A DNA stretch of 64,000 bases from Balanoglossus misakiensis. Taxonomy: Eukaryota; Animalia; Hemichordata. Every line of letters starts with the position of its first letter. Within the stretch, counting starts at the first letter, position 1. The DNA is taken from NCBI GenBank assembly GCA_040954595.2, contig CM082591.2, forward strand, positions 5,921,009 through 5,985,008. Reading direction: 5' to 3'. Below are positions 19,152 to 31,235 of the stretch, in pieces. A program made the translations under genes and the position numbers. The notes beneath the pieces are model-generated. The model saw nothing but the letters and a program-made list of their open reading frames with translations. It was not told where the DNA came from and did no database searches.

Positions 19152-22100
19152 ATGGTTTCATCGCAACACATTGCGATTTGGATCTGCATATTTGCAGTAA
19201 TACTGATGCAGACCAGTGCTTTTTCTGGAAAATCCAAGATTAAGAAGACCCAGGCCGAGCTGAAGACCCTGGCCGACCTGAAAGCCCGAGAATTTCGCCC
19301 CAGTTTCGTCAAACGTACAACACAAGCTCCGCTTCTTCCCGCCGGGGAGGAGAAGATAGACGACGAGTATATTGTAAAACTCAAAGTAAGTGGCTTGTGT
19401 CGTGTTTAAGATTTACCAATTCAACGCCGAATCATTTAAACATGGCGGCATGAGGAGACACGCATTGTCGTGTACCGTGTAGCATACGGCTGGATTCTCG
19501 GAGTTTGTGTCTAACATTACTCGCCAATACTGTATATGTCACACTGAATTACGTGTAGTAAGATTGATACCGTCTTCACGGGTTTCCCTGTCATTGAAAT
19601 AAATTATGAATACAATGTTTAGTGTTGTATTACCAAAATATTAGCTCAGTCAGTTGAATTAAAAGGCAAAAAGAAGGAAGACGTTGTTTTTGTTTGATCT
19701 CCCCTCTTACTTGACTGTTGGGTAACCAGTGGCTTTATGTTATGAACAGGTACGATACACTCGCATCTCTCCACGCCATTTGTCTAAATTATTCAAAATG
19801 GGTCACGTGACAACCGCCGACCTTAGTATATAACATTTTAATCTGTTTCTTTTTAATTAAGGATGGTCTTACTGATGAGGAGCTTGAAGAATTTGAAGAA
19901 AAATTCCAAGCACTCAGTGAAGAGAGAGGATTACACATAGATTTCCAAATCAATATAACAAATTTGATGAAAGGTTTCGTGGCCAGAGTTCCTGCTGCAG
20001 CACTTCACATTGTAAGTGTTTATACATTTTTTTTGTTTATGATATTATGGTATGAATTGATGGATGGATGGATGGATGTCATTTTATTAAGAATAATACT
20101 GGTTTAAACATCAAATTCAGATACACATGACTGACTTAATTTGACTCCAGTTACCATAGTCCGATATAAAATGTGTTTCTGTCTCAACTGTGACCAGTGA
20201 AGTGTTATTATTATCAATATTCTCTCTTTCATAGCTTCGATGGATGGACGAGGTAGAATTTGTTGAAGAAGACGAAGTTGTCCATGCAAATGCAGATGGT
20301 ACACCTTGGGGTTTGGACAGGATTGACCAAACTGACCTACCTTTGAATGATGTGTATCACTCAGTCCTTGGTAAGCCGAAATGCTTTTTAACAATTAACA
20401 TGCTGTTTTTGAAAGTAGTGACATTTTTGAAAGGTGTAGTTTTATACCGACCACGCCCACATGATTGTATACAAGTCCAATTACTTAAGAGATTTGTCGA
20501 AAATCCGATATTTACCTTCTGAATAATGTTCCTGTACCATTTGTGGCTATTCATTTGCTCCCAATAGTTACTGATAACTTCCTGAATTTATTGTCTTGTA
20601 TTTAGGCGATGGCAGTGGCGTCAACGTCTTCGTAATGGACACTGGCATCCATTTCACACACAATGAGTTTGGTGGAAGAGCACGTGAATTTTACGATGCA
20701 TTCTCAGATGGCAAAAATGTAAGTAACCTGATAATTTTCCGACTTTCTTGCTGAAAAATAACGTGACGAAATTGTTATTTTTTGTCAATCTCCTGTGATC
20801 ATTTCATAACGTTTTCGTTGCGACATTTTATCAATTTCTGTACCAAAACTATCACGATTCAATAATATATTGTTGTTGGGCTGAAGATTGAAGTCACATC
20901 ATGCAACCATACAGGCTAACTTCACAACAATATATTTCAGACGACAATGTCTTTAACAACTGTAATCCTACACAGAAATGCAGTCATCGATATAGATTTT
21001 GCACTTCGCATTTAAGTTGGACTCATAAAGTCCTACAACAGGGATTCATAAATTGTCAGTTAAAGTCAACGCTACAGCGTGTTCGTGGTGCAATATGTTT
21101 GAATAGCTTTCCCGAAAAGCAAAAATTAGCACCCTCCTATACGTGCCGGTCTCTCTTTATACGCAGTTTTTTTTTATAATCGGAAGGCATTGTGACAACT
21201 TGAATGTATGTCTGACCCATTTCCCCATTGCTTTGCACGATTAATAACATTTCACAGGGAGCTGACTGCACTGGACACGGCACTCACTGCGCGGGAACGA
21301 TTGGTGGAAGAACTGTTGGTGTTGCACCTGGTGTAACTCTATACTCGTGTCGTGTTCTGAATTGTCAGGAATCTGGGACAAACAGTGGCGTTGTTGCAGG
21401 TAAGTTCAATTGGCGACGATACTTGTCAATGCCCGGCGAAAAGCTTCTTGAAGCCCCGGCAATTCTATTTTCTTCCGTTGCTCAATTCGGTTTCTCGTTC
21501 TACTCTGCAGTCAGGATAGCTTTGTGAATTATTCAGTTAGCCTTTCATCAAAGCTTATATATATGACCAACAGCCATTGCTATTGTTGACAAATAAATTT
21601 AACAATAACAATTCTGATTTCTACAATTAAGTAATTGAAAATCCTTTGTTTTACAGAGTAGAACAATAAACCGCAGTTGATGCACAAGACAAACATATTA
21701 AGAAAAAAGGCCCAAAGTTGACGATACTGGAGCTTTGAACTTGTGAAACAGGCCTAGGATGCAATTTATTTCACAATCACAGCGTTCTCATGTCAAAAGT
21801 CAGACTGAACGGTTGCTTATTTTTTCGCAAGTACTAACTACATTCTTGCGTATATTTTCACACAGCTATGGATGCAGTGGCTGGCGCCAATATGAAACCA
21901 GCGGTGGTTTCCATGTCTTTGAGTGGTGGCTCTTCCTCATCTTTGAACTTGGCGGTCCAACGCTTGTCTGATGCCGGTTACGTCATCGTTGTTGCCGCTG
22001 GAAACGACGCCAGGGATGCGTGTAATGTCTCTCCGGCGTCTGCTCCTGAGGTACGTAGTTTTTAGAGTCAAGGTAGTATACGCGTCCGGGGAAAGATTTT

Positions 22101-25100
22101 CAGTAGAATTATAGATTGCATCTGTCATTCTGAGATTCTGATTTCAATGTCGTCCGATTGTGCTCAGACTATTTTGGATTTTACGATGTTGTTCATAACA
22201 TAGGATTGGAAAAAAATTTATCCTGTGTATGACGAGGTTAAACGGGTAAAATATGTACTTTCCAGATGTTTCCAGGCTATCAATAGTCTCTGCTCGGAAA
22301 CCGGAAGTGGTTGAAATATGTTGGACTTATGTCGGTTGTGTCTTTTCTCTCTTGCAGGCAATTACGGTGGGAGCTACCACGTCAAGTGATGGCCTAGCCT
22401 ATTACTCCAATTACGGCAGCTGCGTCAACATCCTGGCACCTGGATCTGACGTCTACAGTGCGTATCACACTGGAGACTCCAACTACTACACAATGAGCGG
22501 AACCTCCATGGCAACGCCCCACGTCGCTGGTAAGATTCCCTTTGATGACTCTTGAAGTTGGTATAACGCATGCGTGTATGGGTGATTCTGATTGGTCTGT
22601 GACAGGTATCCCAAAGTGCTTCACTCTCGGCCTAACAGGACGCCCGAGAATAACAATAACTGCAAAACAGTGATCTTAATAACTTCTCTCGGGAATACAT
22701 TGTATATTGTTTACCAGGACGTTGATGTTGGCCAAAAATGACATTCTATAGCCTCTCATGACATATTCTACTCGCACACCAATGTGTATACAATTGACGC
22801 TTAAAATAAAGACACGCTAATTATAGCATATTCCTTCGTATTTTCAAAGGTGTTGCTGCCTTACTCCTGGAAGTGAACCCGTCCATAAATCAGGATCAGA
22901 TGAAAAATGTGTTGTGGAACGCTGCTCAGTCGAACAAAATCGACCTGTCTGGAGTACCTAACAGCTATCGTTCGTCAACACCGAACAAACTTCTGTATAT
23001 CTCGAGCGACATAGACAGCAGTGCCCCGACGTTGGCTCCAACAACACCCCTTCCTGCTGGTGGTAAGTTTCAATGTGTTCAAAAGCGGAAGGGCCAATAC
23101 ATTGCTCAAGTCAATTTTTCTGAGGCAAAATACTATACCCATTGTCTGTAGGAGGCACTGGATGTTGGGAATCGTGTGAGGTTCAAGGCAGGTTTCGCCT
23201 ACCAACTCCTCTGGGAATCAGAGTTAAGCCCATACACGTGTAGTTTATTGGGAATGGGTATTGTTTATCTGGCATGATTGATCTTTCTACTCTGTATAGT
23301 CACAGCTTCACAACTTCCAAATGCTATTGCCTCGCCGACCTCCGGCGCCCCTTCGGGGGCACGACCCGGCACGACGCAGCGCGGAATCGGGCGGCCGGCA
23401 CTGGGAACAGTCCCGACCAGGTTCCGAGCCGCGCGCCCGCTCCCCGGGATACTTAAATCATCAATCGGGTTTTTGAGGTTCGGCACCATAAAATGTACGG
23501 CGTACACTTTGAGAAAAGGTTCAAGGAGTGGAGAGGGACGAATGGCCGGGAAGTGAGACTCGATGCGCGAGTTGTGGTTACCAAATTCAAGTCTGCTTTA
23601 TTCTCAAAACTCTACGGTTTATATACAGTGATTTGAACTGTGACATTTAGCAACACGGAATAATTGGTAGAACAATAGCATTTGGAAGTTGTGAAGCTGT
23701 GACTATACAGAGTAGAAAGATCAATCATGCCAGATAAACAATACCCATTCCCAATAAACTACACGTGTATGGGCTTAACTCTGATTCCCAGAGGAGTTGG
23801 TAGGCGAAACCTGCCTTGAACCTCACACGATTCCCAACACTGGACACACGCACTCTTGTAAGGGTGCCCTCGCGAACAAAAAATTCATAACGTTGATTAG
23901 CTCCAAGTGTGTAGATTTTGTAAGTTTAACAAACACGAGTCCATGAGTTGTAAAGTTTGGGTGTATTAAAGAATTCTTCTCTTCAGCCTACACTGAATGG
24001 GCAATATGATGGAACCGTAAAGGGACAAAGTTTCTCTCTCGCTGCCCTTTTTCATTAAAGGCACATAAGCTGCAACATTTGGGATAATTATCATAATTTT
24101 TGTTTCAAACTGTACTACCATTAGTCCATGCAGATGAAGGTAGTGAACTATACACAAGCATTATAAACCCTAAATATGAGTGCATACTAGTATGCAAGTT
24201 TTAACCAGATAAATGATAAAGCTTTGCCGCAAGTGAATATGGCCGCCATCGTGGGAAAATGCAAAAAAATGAAAATGTTATGAAACTTTATAAAAAAAAC
24301 ATGATCTCATCCACTTGAGCTCATGGAAGTAAACGTACACTGCTGAGACATTATATTTTCGTTTTTCATTGCAATATTACACTTTTTTCAAAAACTGCAG
24401 GAATTTTCGTTTTTCTTTAATGTTTGGCCATTTTGTCATAAATAAGTGTTGAGCTTGATATATTATCATGAAATATCATTTAATAGACATAATTAAAAGC
24501 ATATATGAGATAATTTAAAACTGTATTTATTTTCCAGTTGCAGCTCATGTACCTTTAATTATGGTTGATACAAGACACCGTTTACGTTCTTCTACATGTG
24601 GATATATATAGTGAATCAACGTTCGACCACACACGACTTCCATCCCGTTTGTAGGATATGAGAGTACAAATCTCGCCAAAAAGAATAAATGGTAAACACC
24701 AATTATTCATTTTGGCGAGTTTTTCACTCTCGCGTCTACAAGTTGGATGGAAGTTGTGTGTGGTTGAACGTTGATCCACTATATATCCACATGTAGAATA
24801 ACAAACTGTGTCTTGTATCAAATTTAGTTAATGGAAAAAGGGCAGCGAGAGAGAGAGAGATTGTCCCTCCAAACTAACGATGTCGATATCAACAAAGTTG
24901 CAATGCTCTCTTTCTTTTCAGCATTATGCGTAAACACGTGCATTTACCCTTACGATAACCTATGTGACGATGGTGGACCGGATTCTCAGTACAGTGTGTG
25001 CGACTACGGAACAGACTGTTCTGATTGTGGGCCCCGAGAACCGCCAAATACAGGTGAGTTTCTGCAAGATCAGTAGAGCCAAAATAATTTACTACATTGT

Positions 25101-26454
25101 CCGTCCTCAGTGAAAATGTATAAGAAAAGTGAATATGTATAAGACATGATTCTTCATTTAAATTTGGCGATAATGACTTTATAATATTCATTTTCAGATA
25201 TAATTATTTCTCTTCCGTTATATCTGCAGATGGATTGTGTGAAGAGACATGTCATTTCAGTGGTGATGGCTGGTGTGATGATGGTGGACAGGGTTCTCAG
25301 TACAGTGTGTGTGACTACGGAACAGACTGTTCTGATTGTGGGCCCCGAGAACCGCCGCCAACTACAGGTGAGTTTCTGCAAGATCCGATGATCTTCCATT
25401 TATATCTCCAGACTTGAGAATTATTTATTACATTGACATGTACGAGTGCTGTATGGAGTTTTTTTTTATTCTAAACGTGATACATCAAACTGATGTCTAA
25501 TTTTCTGGTTGCAGAGAACATCGCTCTGAACAAGGCAATCTTTGGAGTGGGATTAAGAGCGAACAGCGCCCTCAGAGCTACTTTTCCCAATCTCGTGGAT
25601 GGCGACCCCAACACGTGTACCAGAACAGGTCCAATTGTCCCTGATCCAACCTGGATGGTCGATCTAGGCGCAGACTATTATGTTGATAGTTTCTCCTTTG
25701 TTTTTAACGACGATTGCTCTGGAAGCATGGGATGTAAGTATTCTAACCACGCATATCGAATGAATATGAAGACACCTACTTGTTATGTAATGGACGTATC
25801 GTATCATAGTTTCTGTGTGAGGGCGCTTGACATTAGACTCTGGATTTGGAGGAGGGCAACCCCGGACATACAGGAAGTGACCCCTGACCTAGTGATCGTT
25901 CTCCTTGGTGTGTTCAGTCATGGCCGCGGCCATTTAAACTAGTCGATGTATATTTGTGTTGGCTGTATCTGAGTATTCAAGACTCTCATTTAGTTCACCC
26001 TCGCCTGTGTTATATATACACAAACCAGGTGTATCATGACTGACATTACTGGGATATATACACCGGCAATTTACGCCACTCATGCCCCGTGATCGAATTA
26101 AAATATTAGCGAATACTATATATACAATTCTTCACCACTTTCTTATTTAAAATGTTAAGCTGTAGTATCCAGTGTGTATCATGAGTACACATTAAAGTTA
26201 AAACATCCTTACAAGGCATACATTTTCCTCTCATTTTAGGTGGCTTTGGCAATACCGTGGTTAAAGTTGGCGTAAATATTTATAATTTAGAAGAATGTTA
26301 TAGAATACCAACGGGCTACGAAACACCTACTGGGGAAGAAAATTACGAGTGTTCGTCCGATGCTCTCCGTGGCAGATATGTGACCATAACAAAGTTAGGA
26401 AGCGGCCGTGCAACAGCTCTGTGTGAATTTAAGGTTTTCGGCAGTCCTGCCTGA
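19152..26454 (+). CDS. S8A protease gene 3 (SP-I9-S8-CDDGG x2-F-type lectin-like), 12 coding exons
   Basis: Exons 19152-19385, 19862-20011, 20235-20370, 20606-20718, 21258-21399, 21866-22050, 22358-22529, 22850-23062, 24922-25053, 25230-25367, 25515-25733, 26240-26454. Tail ENIALNK...VDG...WMVDLG...GRYVTI...[14 protein letters not shown] at 26858. Confidence 0.88.
23163..23839. mobile_element. Non-autonomous DNA transposon with ~166-bp TIRs, TGT...ACA ends and 5-bp TSD (Ginger/TDD-like)
   Basis: TIRs 23163-23329 and 23673-23839. CTGGA at 23158-23162 and 23840-23844. Confidence 0.88.
24059..24554. mobile_element. Kolobok-type MITE with TTAA TSD, nested in an older inverted-repeat element (~24021-24868)
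   Basis: TTAA|AGGCACATAAGCTGCAAC ... GTTGCAGCTCATGTACCT|TTAA. Outer inverted repeat AGGGACAA..TCTCTCTCGCTGCCCTTTTT / AAAAAGGGCAGCGAGAGAGA..TTGTCCCT. Confidence 0.75.
25515..26454 (+). other. F-type lectin (fucolectin/FTP)-like domain over two exons (gene 3)
   Basis: NIALNK, VDG, C-T-R-T, P.WMVDLG, GRYV.I, LCEF.VFG hallmarks. Confidence 0.78.
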
Positions 26455-26927
26455 GTCCAAGACCGTCCATTTTCCAGTCGGAGCAGCTTCGCCGTGAAAC
26501 AACATTCACGCGGTTGTGGTCGGACCGAGGGATTTGCCATGCTGCTGGACCATGTGACCAACCCAAAATATACGACTGTCTAGTCTCTGTACTGGCTTAT
26601 TCTGTCAGCAATTTCACTAAAATTTGCTATTTCATTTGCTACTTATTGTATATTTCCTATCTTTCACCGCAAGAGTGCCGTTGGTTATTTTATATCGCGC
26701 AGGCTTTGCATGGCCACCACTGCAGGTTGACATACGCGGTTCCAGTCAGTAGCAGCAGAAGTTGGAGATGATGTGTACAGTGTACATGTAGTTCGATTAT
26801 TTGCAATGTATAGCGCATAATTGGTTTGGTTCCATTATGTGTTGTTTACACCATATTAATAAAACTTCAAAAGAAACGAGCTTTTATTTGTCTTTGTCCA
26901 GTGCCAAGTTGTAAGCTTATACATAAA

Positions 26928-26975
26928 TGTGACTGTGATGATGGTGGACCTAGGTCGGTGTATGATTTGTGCGAC
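26928..26975 (+). pseudogene. Relic partial CDDGG exon downstream of gene 3
   Basis: CDCDDGGPRSVYDLCD, lacking the 5' part, the 3' part and an acceptor; lies beyond the stop and the AATAAA. Confidence 0.7.
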
Positions 26976-27267
26976 AGTATACAGCATATTTATTATCATT
27001 CACCGTTACCATGGAACAAATGTTGCTAATTAATGCTAATTATTTTCCTACTATTAGCAACGCCCAGGTTATTTCTCTGGCCAATCAGTAGTGTGTTGCG
27101 TATGGTGATTGACTTGAACATGGTCATGACTTGAACGACGTCAGAGTCAAAACCATGTGGTGACCTCGTTGCATTTTGAGTTCTATTGACACGCAGATCT
27201 CGATAAAATGAGATAGTTGATTGTAAGGCCAGGCCACTGTAGAATTTCTATCTAAAACACACTGTTA

Positions 27268-29176
27268 CAGTCGCATCGATGACCCATATTAGGAGTTGCT
27301 TATTAGCATAAAAATTAACATATCATTAATATGTAGAACGCGATCTGACCAATGACGCGCCCGGAAAGCCGCGCCTCTCACCCATTTCCCCGCCCTTTGT
27401 TAAGAAAATCACGATCTTTTCTTTTCAAATGTAAATTTTGGGTGAAATACGCTGTTTGGGGATATCCCGTCAATTGAAAATAAGAAAGTACGAGTCAAAC
27501 TTGCTACCGGGTCAATAAGAAAATTTTTCACCAGTGCTTTTGTGAAATATTTAATTTTGATTTTGGCGTCTACGCTATTTTTTGAGGATTTCGCCTGAAA
27601 GATGGCGACCTGGTATTAGACAGACCGATGCATGAAATGAAGTGACGGTGGTCACCTGACTGGTATCATCGCAACCAAAACACACGACCTTTCTTCAGGG
27701 CCATACATCATTCAAAAGACAAGTACCAGTAGACAGTTTTTACATTTATCTATTGATTTTAGTTATGCGACTGAATTGAATATTTTGCATCAAACTGAAA
27801 CTCGTCACGGAAAAAAACGGGACTCAACCGTACCCTTTGACCTATGACTTTTGATCTTCATACTGTCAGTCTGTCGATCGCTGGTAATAATTGTTTTCGT
27901 GATGGAATAAGAATTTGTCTACGTTTTCGACAATCAAACATGAGGGTTACTCTTTGAATAAAGGTAGGGAACATGACGTGACTTGGTGTATGAATTGACG
28001 ACCTTGACGGATAAGGGCAAGTGGCAGTAAAACGGCGAACTGAACAACTGGAAACCGTACCGGCTGGCTGCGATGGTGTTCAAACAATATTTTCGTCCTC
28101 AGTCGACGACGTCCCTCCGCAAGGAGTGACTGACGTGTTTCGACATAGTGTTTATTAGTCTGTAAGTCGCAACTCATTACTTTGCATTACTACATGAAGA
28201 GGGATTATTATTTCCAGCCCAGCCGCTCAAAGTTTAAGTTGGCTCACAACAAAATTAAAACGGTAGAGCTTATTATGATCGTGGTGAAATGACAACCTTT
28301 GATGTTACGTAGGACGAAATAAACAATCATTTGTCCAGGCTATAGCTACAATCATGACTGTCAGCCTGTTTGTGTGGCGACGTACATGCGGTGAGGGTGG
28401 GCAGCACGCAGTTACATGCTGAACAGTAGAGGGGAGTAGTATCGGCAAAATCAAACTTTGCACAACTGTAACGCAACCACATCGTCTAGAATAAAGACAA
28501 CGGGCGTTCCTTTGGCATCTCTTAGTACCTCCATGGTTTTAGGAAATATGCGGCCATCATCTGTCTAGCGAGGGGCGAGGACACGGGCGGGCGGCACCCA
28601 TTTCAAGTGCCTGTATACTTCCCACGCGTCCGCATCATATTTCAACGTCGTTGTTTACATGTAACTGTCTAACAGTATTCTAGTACATGTATGTCTTTTG
28701 GGGGTGCATGTCCTTAAAAGGTCGCTTTTTGCTTTGGTTGCTGTGCGCGGTGATATAGACAAGTCAGGTGATCACCGTCACTAGGAAACTTTGGCTCTCG
28801 ATGAACGCCTTCAATCTACATGCTCTGTCTAATAACGCCATCTTTCAGGCGAAATCCTCAAAAAATAGCGTAGACGCCAAAATCAAAATTAAATATTTCA
28901 CAAAAGCACTGGTGAAAAATTTTCTTATTGACCCGGTAGCAAGTTTGACTCGTACTTTCTTATTTTCAATTGACGGGATATCCCCAAACAGCGTATTTGA
29001 CCCCACAATTTACATTTGAAAAGAAAAAGTCGTGATTTTCTTAACAAAGGGCGGGGAAATGGGTGAGAGGCGCGGCTTTCCGGGCGCGTCATTGGTCAGA
29101 TCGCGTTCTACATATTAATGATATGTTAATTTTTATGCTAATAAGCAACTCCTAATATGGGTCATCGATGCGACTG
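27268..29176. mobile_element. 1.9-kb non-autonomous DNA transposon with ~340-bp TIRs
   Basis: TIRs 27268-27607 and 28836-29176 (CAGTCGCATCGATGACC...GGTCATCGATGCGACTG), flanked by TGTTA on both sides. No transposase ORF seen. Confidence 0.88.
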
Positions 29177-29989
29177 TGTTATGGGGCCAGGCTATGTAGC
29201 AACAAAACTGGTGCGCTACAGCAAGTGGGTCAACTCCAGTGAGAGCAGTGGAAAGACCGGATGCGCTCCGAGTCAATCATCAGCAAGTGTATCAAAGTGG
29301 TCACTCAAAGCAAGTGCTAATGAAAAGTAATTAGCAACATGTTATAAAGCTCATCTTGGCGGGAAAGTTTCTAATTACCAGATTGTGATTCGCTAATAAA
29401 CATCCACAGACTTGGCGTCAGGTAGTACACATCTGACCAGAGTTACTGATATCAATGTCAAGATCTTAAGTATGGTGTCCTGTATACAGGAAACAATTCT
29501 AAACAGGGCCATCATTTGTTTTGCCTGTCTAGGAGGGGTCTGCTTGATTTTGAAAACCGATAACACAAGCTTGCCGCCCCCCCCCCTCTCGCCGTATAAA
29601 ATGAACGGCCCCTAAATTCGGTAGAAGAAAGTTACGATATGAAAAGTCAGATAGTGTAAACACATGAACATGTGGAATACAACAGTAGGTTCATGTGAGA
29701 CGATTCCCCTATACAGCTGCACATATTGATAGGCATTACAGTAACATGTGCTAGAGTGTATACCAAACCAGGTGACCAAACGTAGCCATTGGGCTGTGAT
29801 AAGAATCCCAAATTTCCCACCAGAAAGACTAAATTGTGTCAACGTGTGAAAGTGGATCAGATCATTTCACACTGTCGCTTGTGTTAACGATCTCGATCCG
29901 CGCCAATTGTTCATGACACGATTAACAAAGCGAAAAAAAAGAGAAAAATCAAATCAAAGCCACATCTTCTCACTGATTAGAAACGTTTC

Positions 29990-30560
29990 ACTTCATTACA
30001 ATTCAAAAGGGCCTCTGGTTATCTCACAAATGAATAACGGCAACTGTCTGCCCACAAGGGACTGTTCAGAATTTACTGAAGTGTTTTGTTCAGACTGGCT
30101 GACGTTTAGCAGAGAACAGGAGGCATCTTCCAAATGCTTTCGGTCAACGTGTGAAGACAGATTTTGAATGAAACTATTTTTCACTTTGTTCCGACCATCG
30201 GTGACGTCCTTTTGTTCTTGCCGTGGAATGTGACATCTGAACACGTCCCTGCGAATTTGCATCTGATTGCACGCTACGCAGATGGCAGACACGTGGGAAG
30301 TGATCTGATTCGTTCCTTTCGAGCACAAACACACAATCGATTCAAAAAGCTCAGCGGAGGCAATAACGTAATCAATAACACTCGCACCGTTAACGTTTGC
30401 TACTACACAAGTGACATTCCCGTTTTTGTCATGTGACAATCTGCCATTCAAAATATGCAAATCGAATCTCTTACAAATCTCAAGCAGCGCTCTGTCAGCT
30501 TCAATAACAATACAATCTTTTGAGATGCGCAGACAATGGAAAAGTCTGAAACATACTCAG
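29990..30560 (-). mobile_element. LINE APE-endonuclease relic upstream of gene 4
   Basis: Minus-strand LHILNGR...G..TC.....GASVIDY.I.S; frameshifted. Confidence 0.75.
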
Positions 30561-30731
30561 TATTTTCCAACGGCAAATATTTCGTGCAAGGTGTATACCA
30601 AACCACGTGACCAAACGCAGCCATGGGGTTGTGAAAAGAATTTCCCGCCAAAAAGACAACGTGTGAAAGAGAGTACTGACGCTAATTATTCATGACACGG
30701 TTAACACCATTAAGACAAAGCGGACATGATG

Positions 30732-30810
30732 CATAAATAGCGGGTCACCGAGTATGCAAGAGTCAGACAGTTTTCTTGGCGGAAAGGACACCACGCGAAA
30801 CCAGTACTAG
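30732..30810 (+). promoter_or_regulatory. Putative core promoter and non-coding first exon of gene 4 (type A)
   Basis: Copy of 9907-9985. Confidence 0.6.
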
Positions 30811-31235
30811 GTGAGTATAGCATCCCGTTGTAACACGGTTACTAGAAATAAGTGGTTGTAACGTTTAGCATGAATGTGACAACTGGATTTCATAAGACGG
30901 TGACTCTCTTGCCGATACCTGTACTGTAATATTTTCTCGAGTAGAACAAATTGAGACACCCCTAAAATAAACGCGTTCCCAGTTATCGACAACAGAACTA
31001 CATCAGTAATTCAAGTAAAAACGTTAAGTCCTTCATTTTAATAAATCAGGTTTGATTTTTGTACTCGAATATCTAAAAACCAAAAAGTCATCTACCAGGT
31101 TTTTTATGTATGTTTACGTAGATTTATTTCTAAATTTCTACTGGAAAATCGACAGTATAGATTTGTACATTTGCATATTTACATTCGGCTTTTTTGTCAT
31201 TTTTTTTCTGACAAAGCTATCTGGCAATTGCAACT

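Noticed and set aside
23265-23556. GC-rich short ORFs inside the TIR element
   Set aside because: No transposase or integrase motifs and too short; open frames are explained by GC content.
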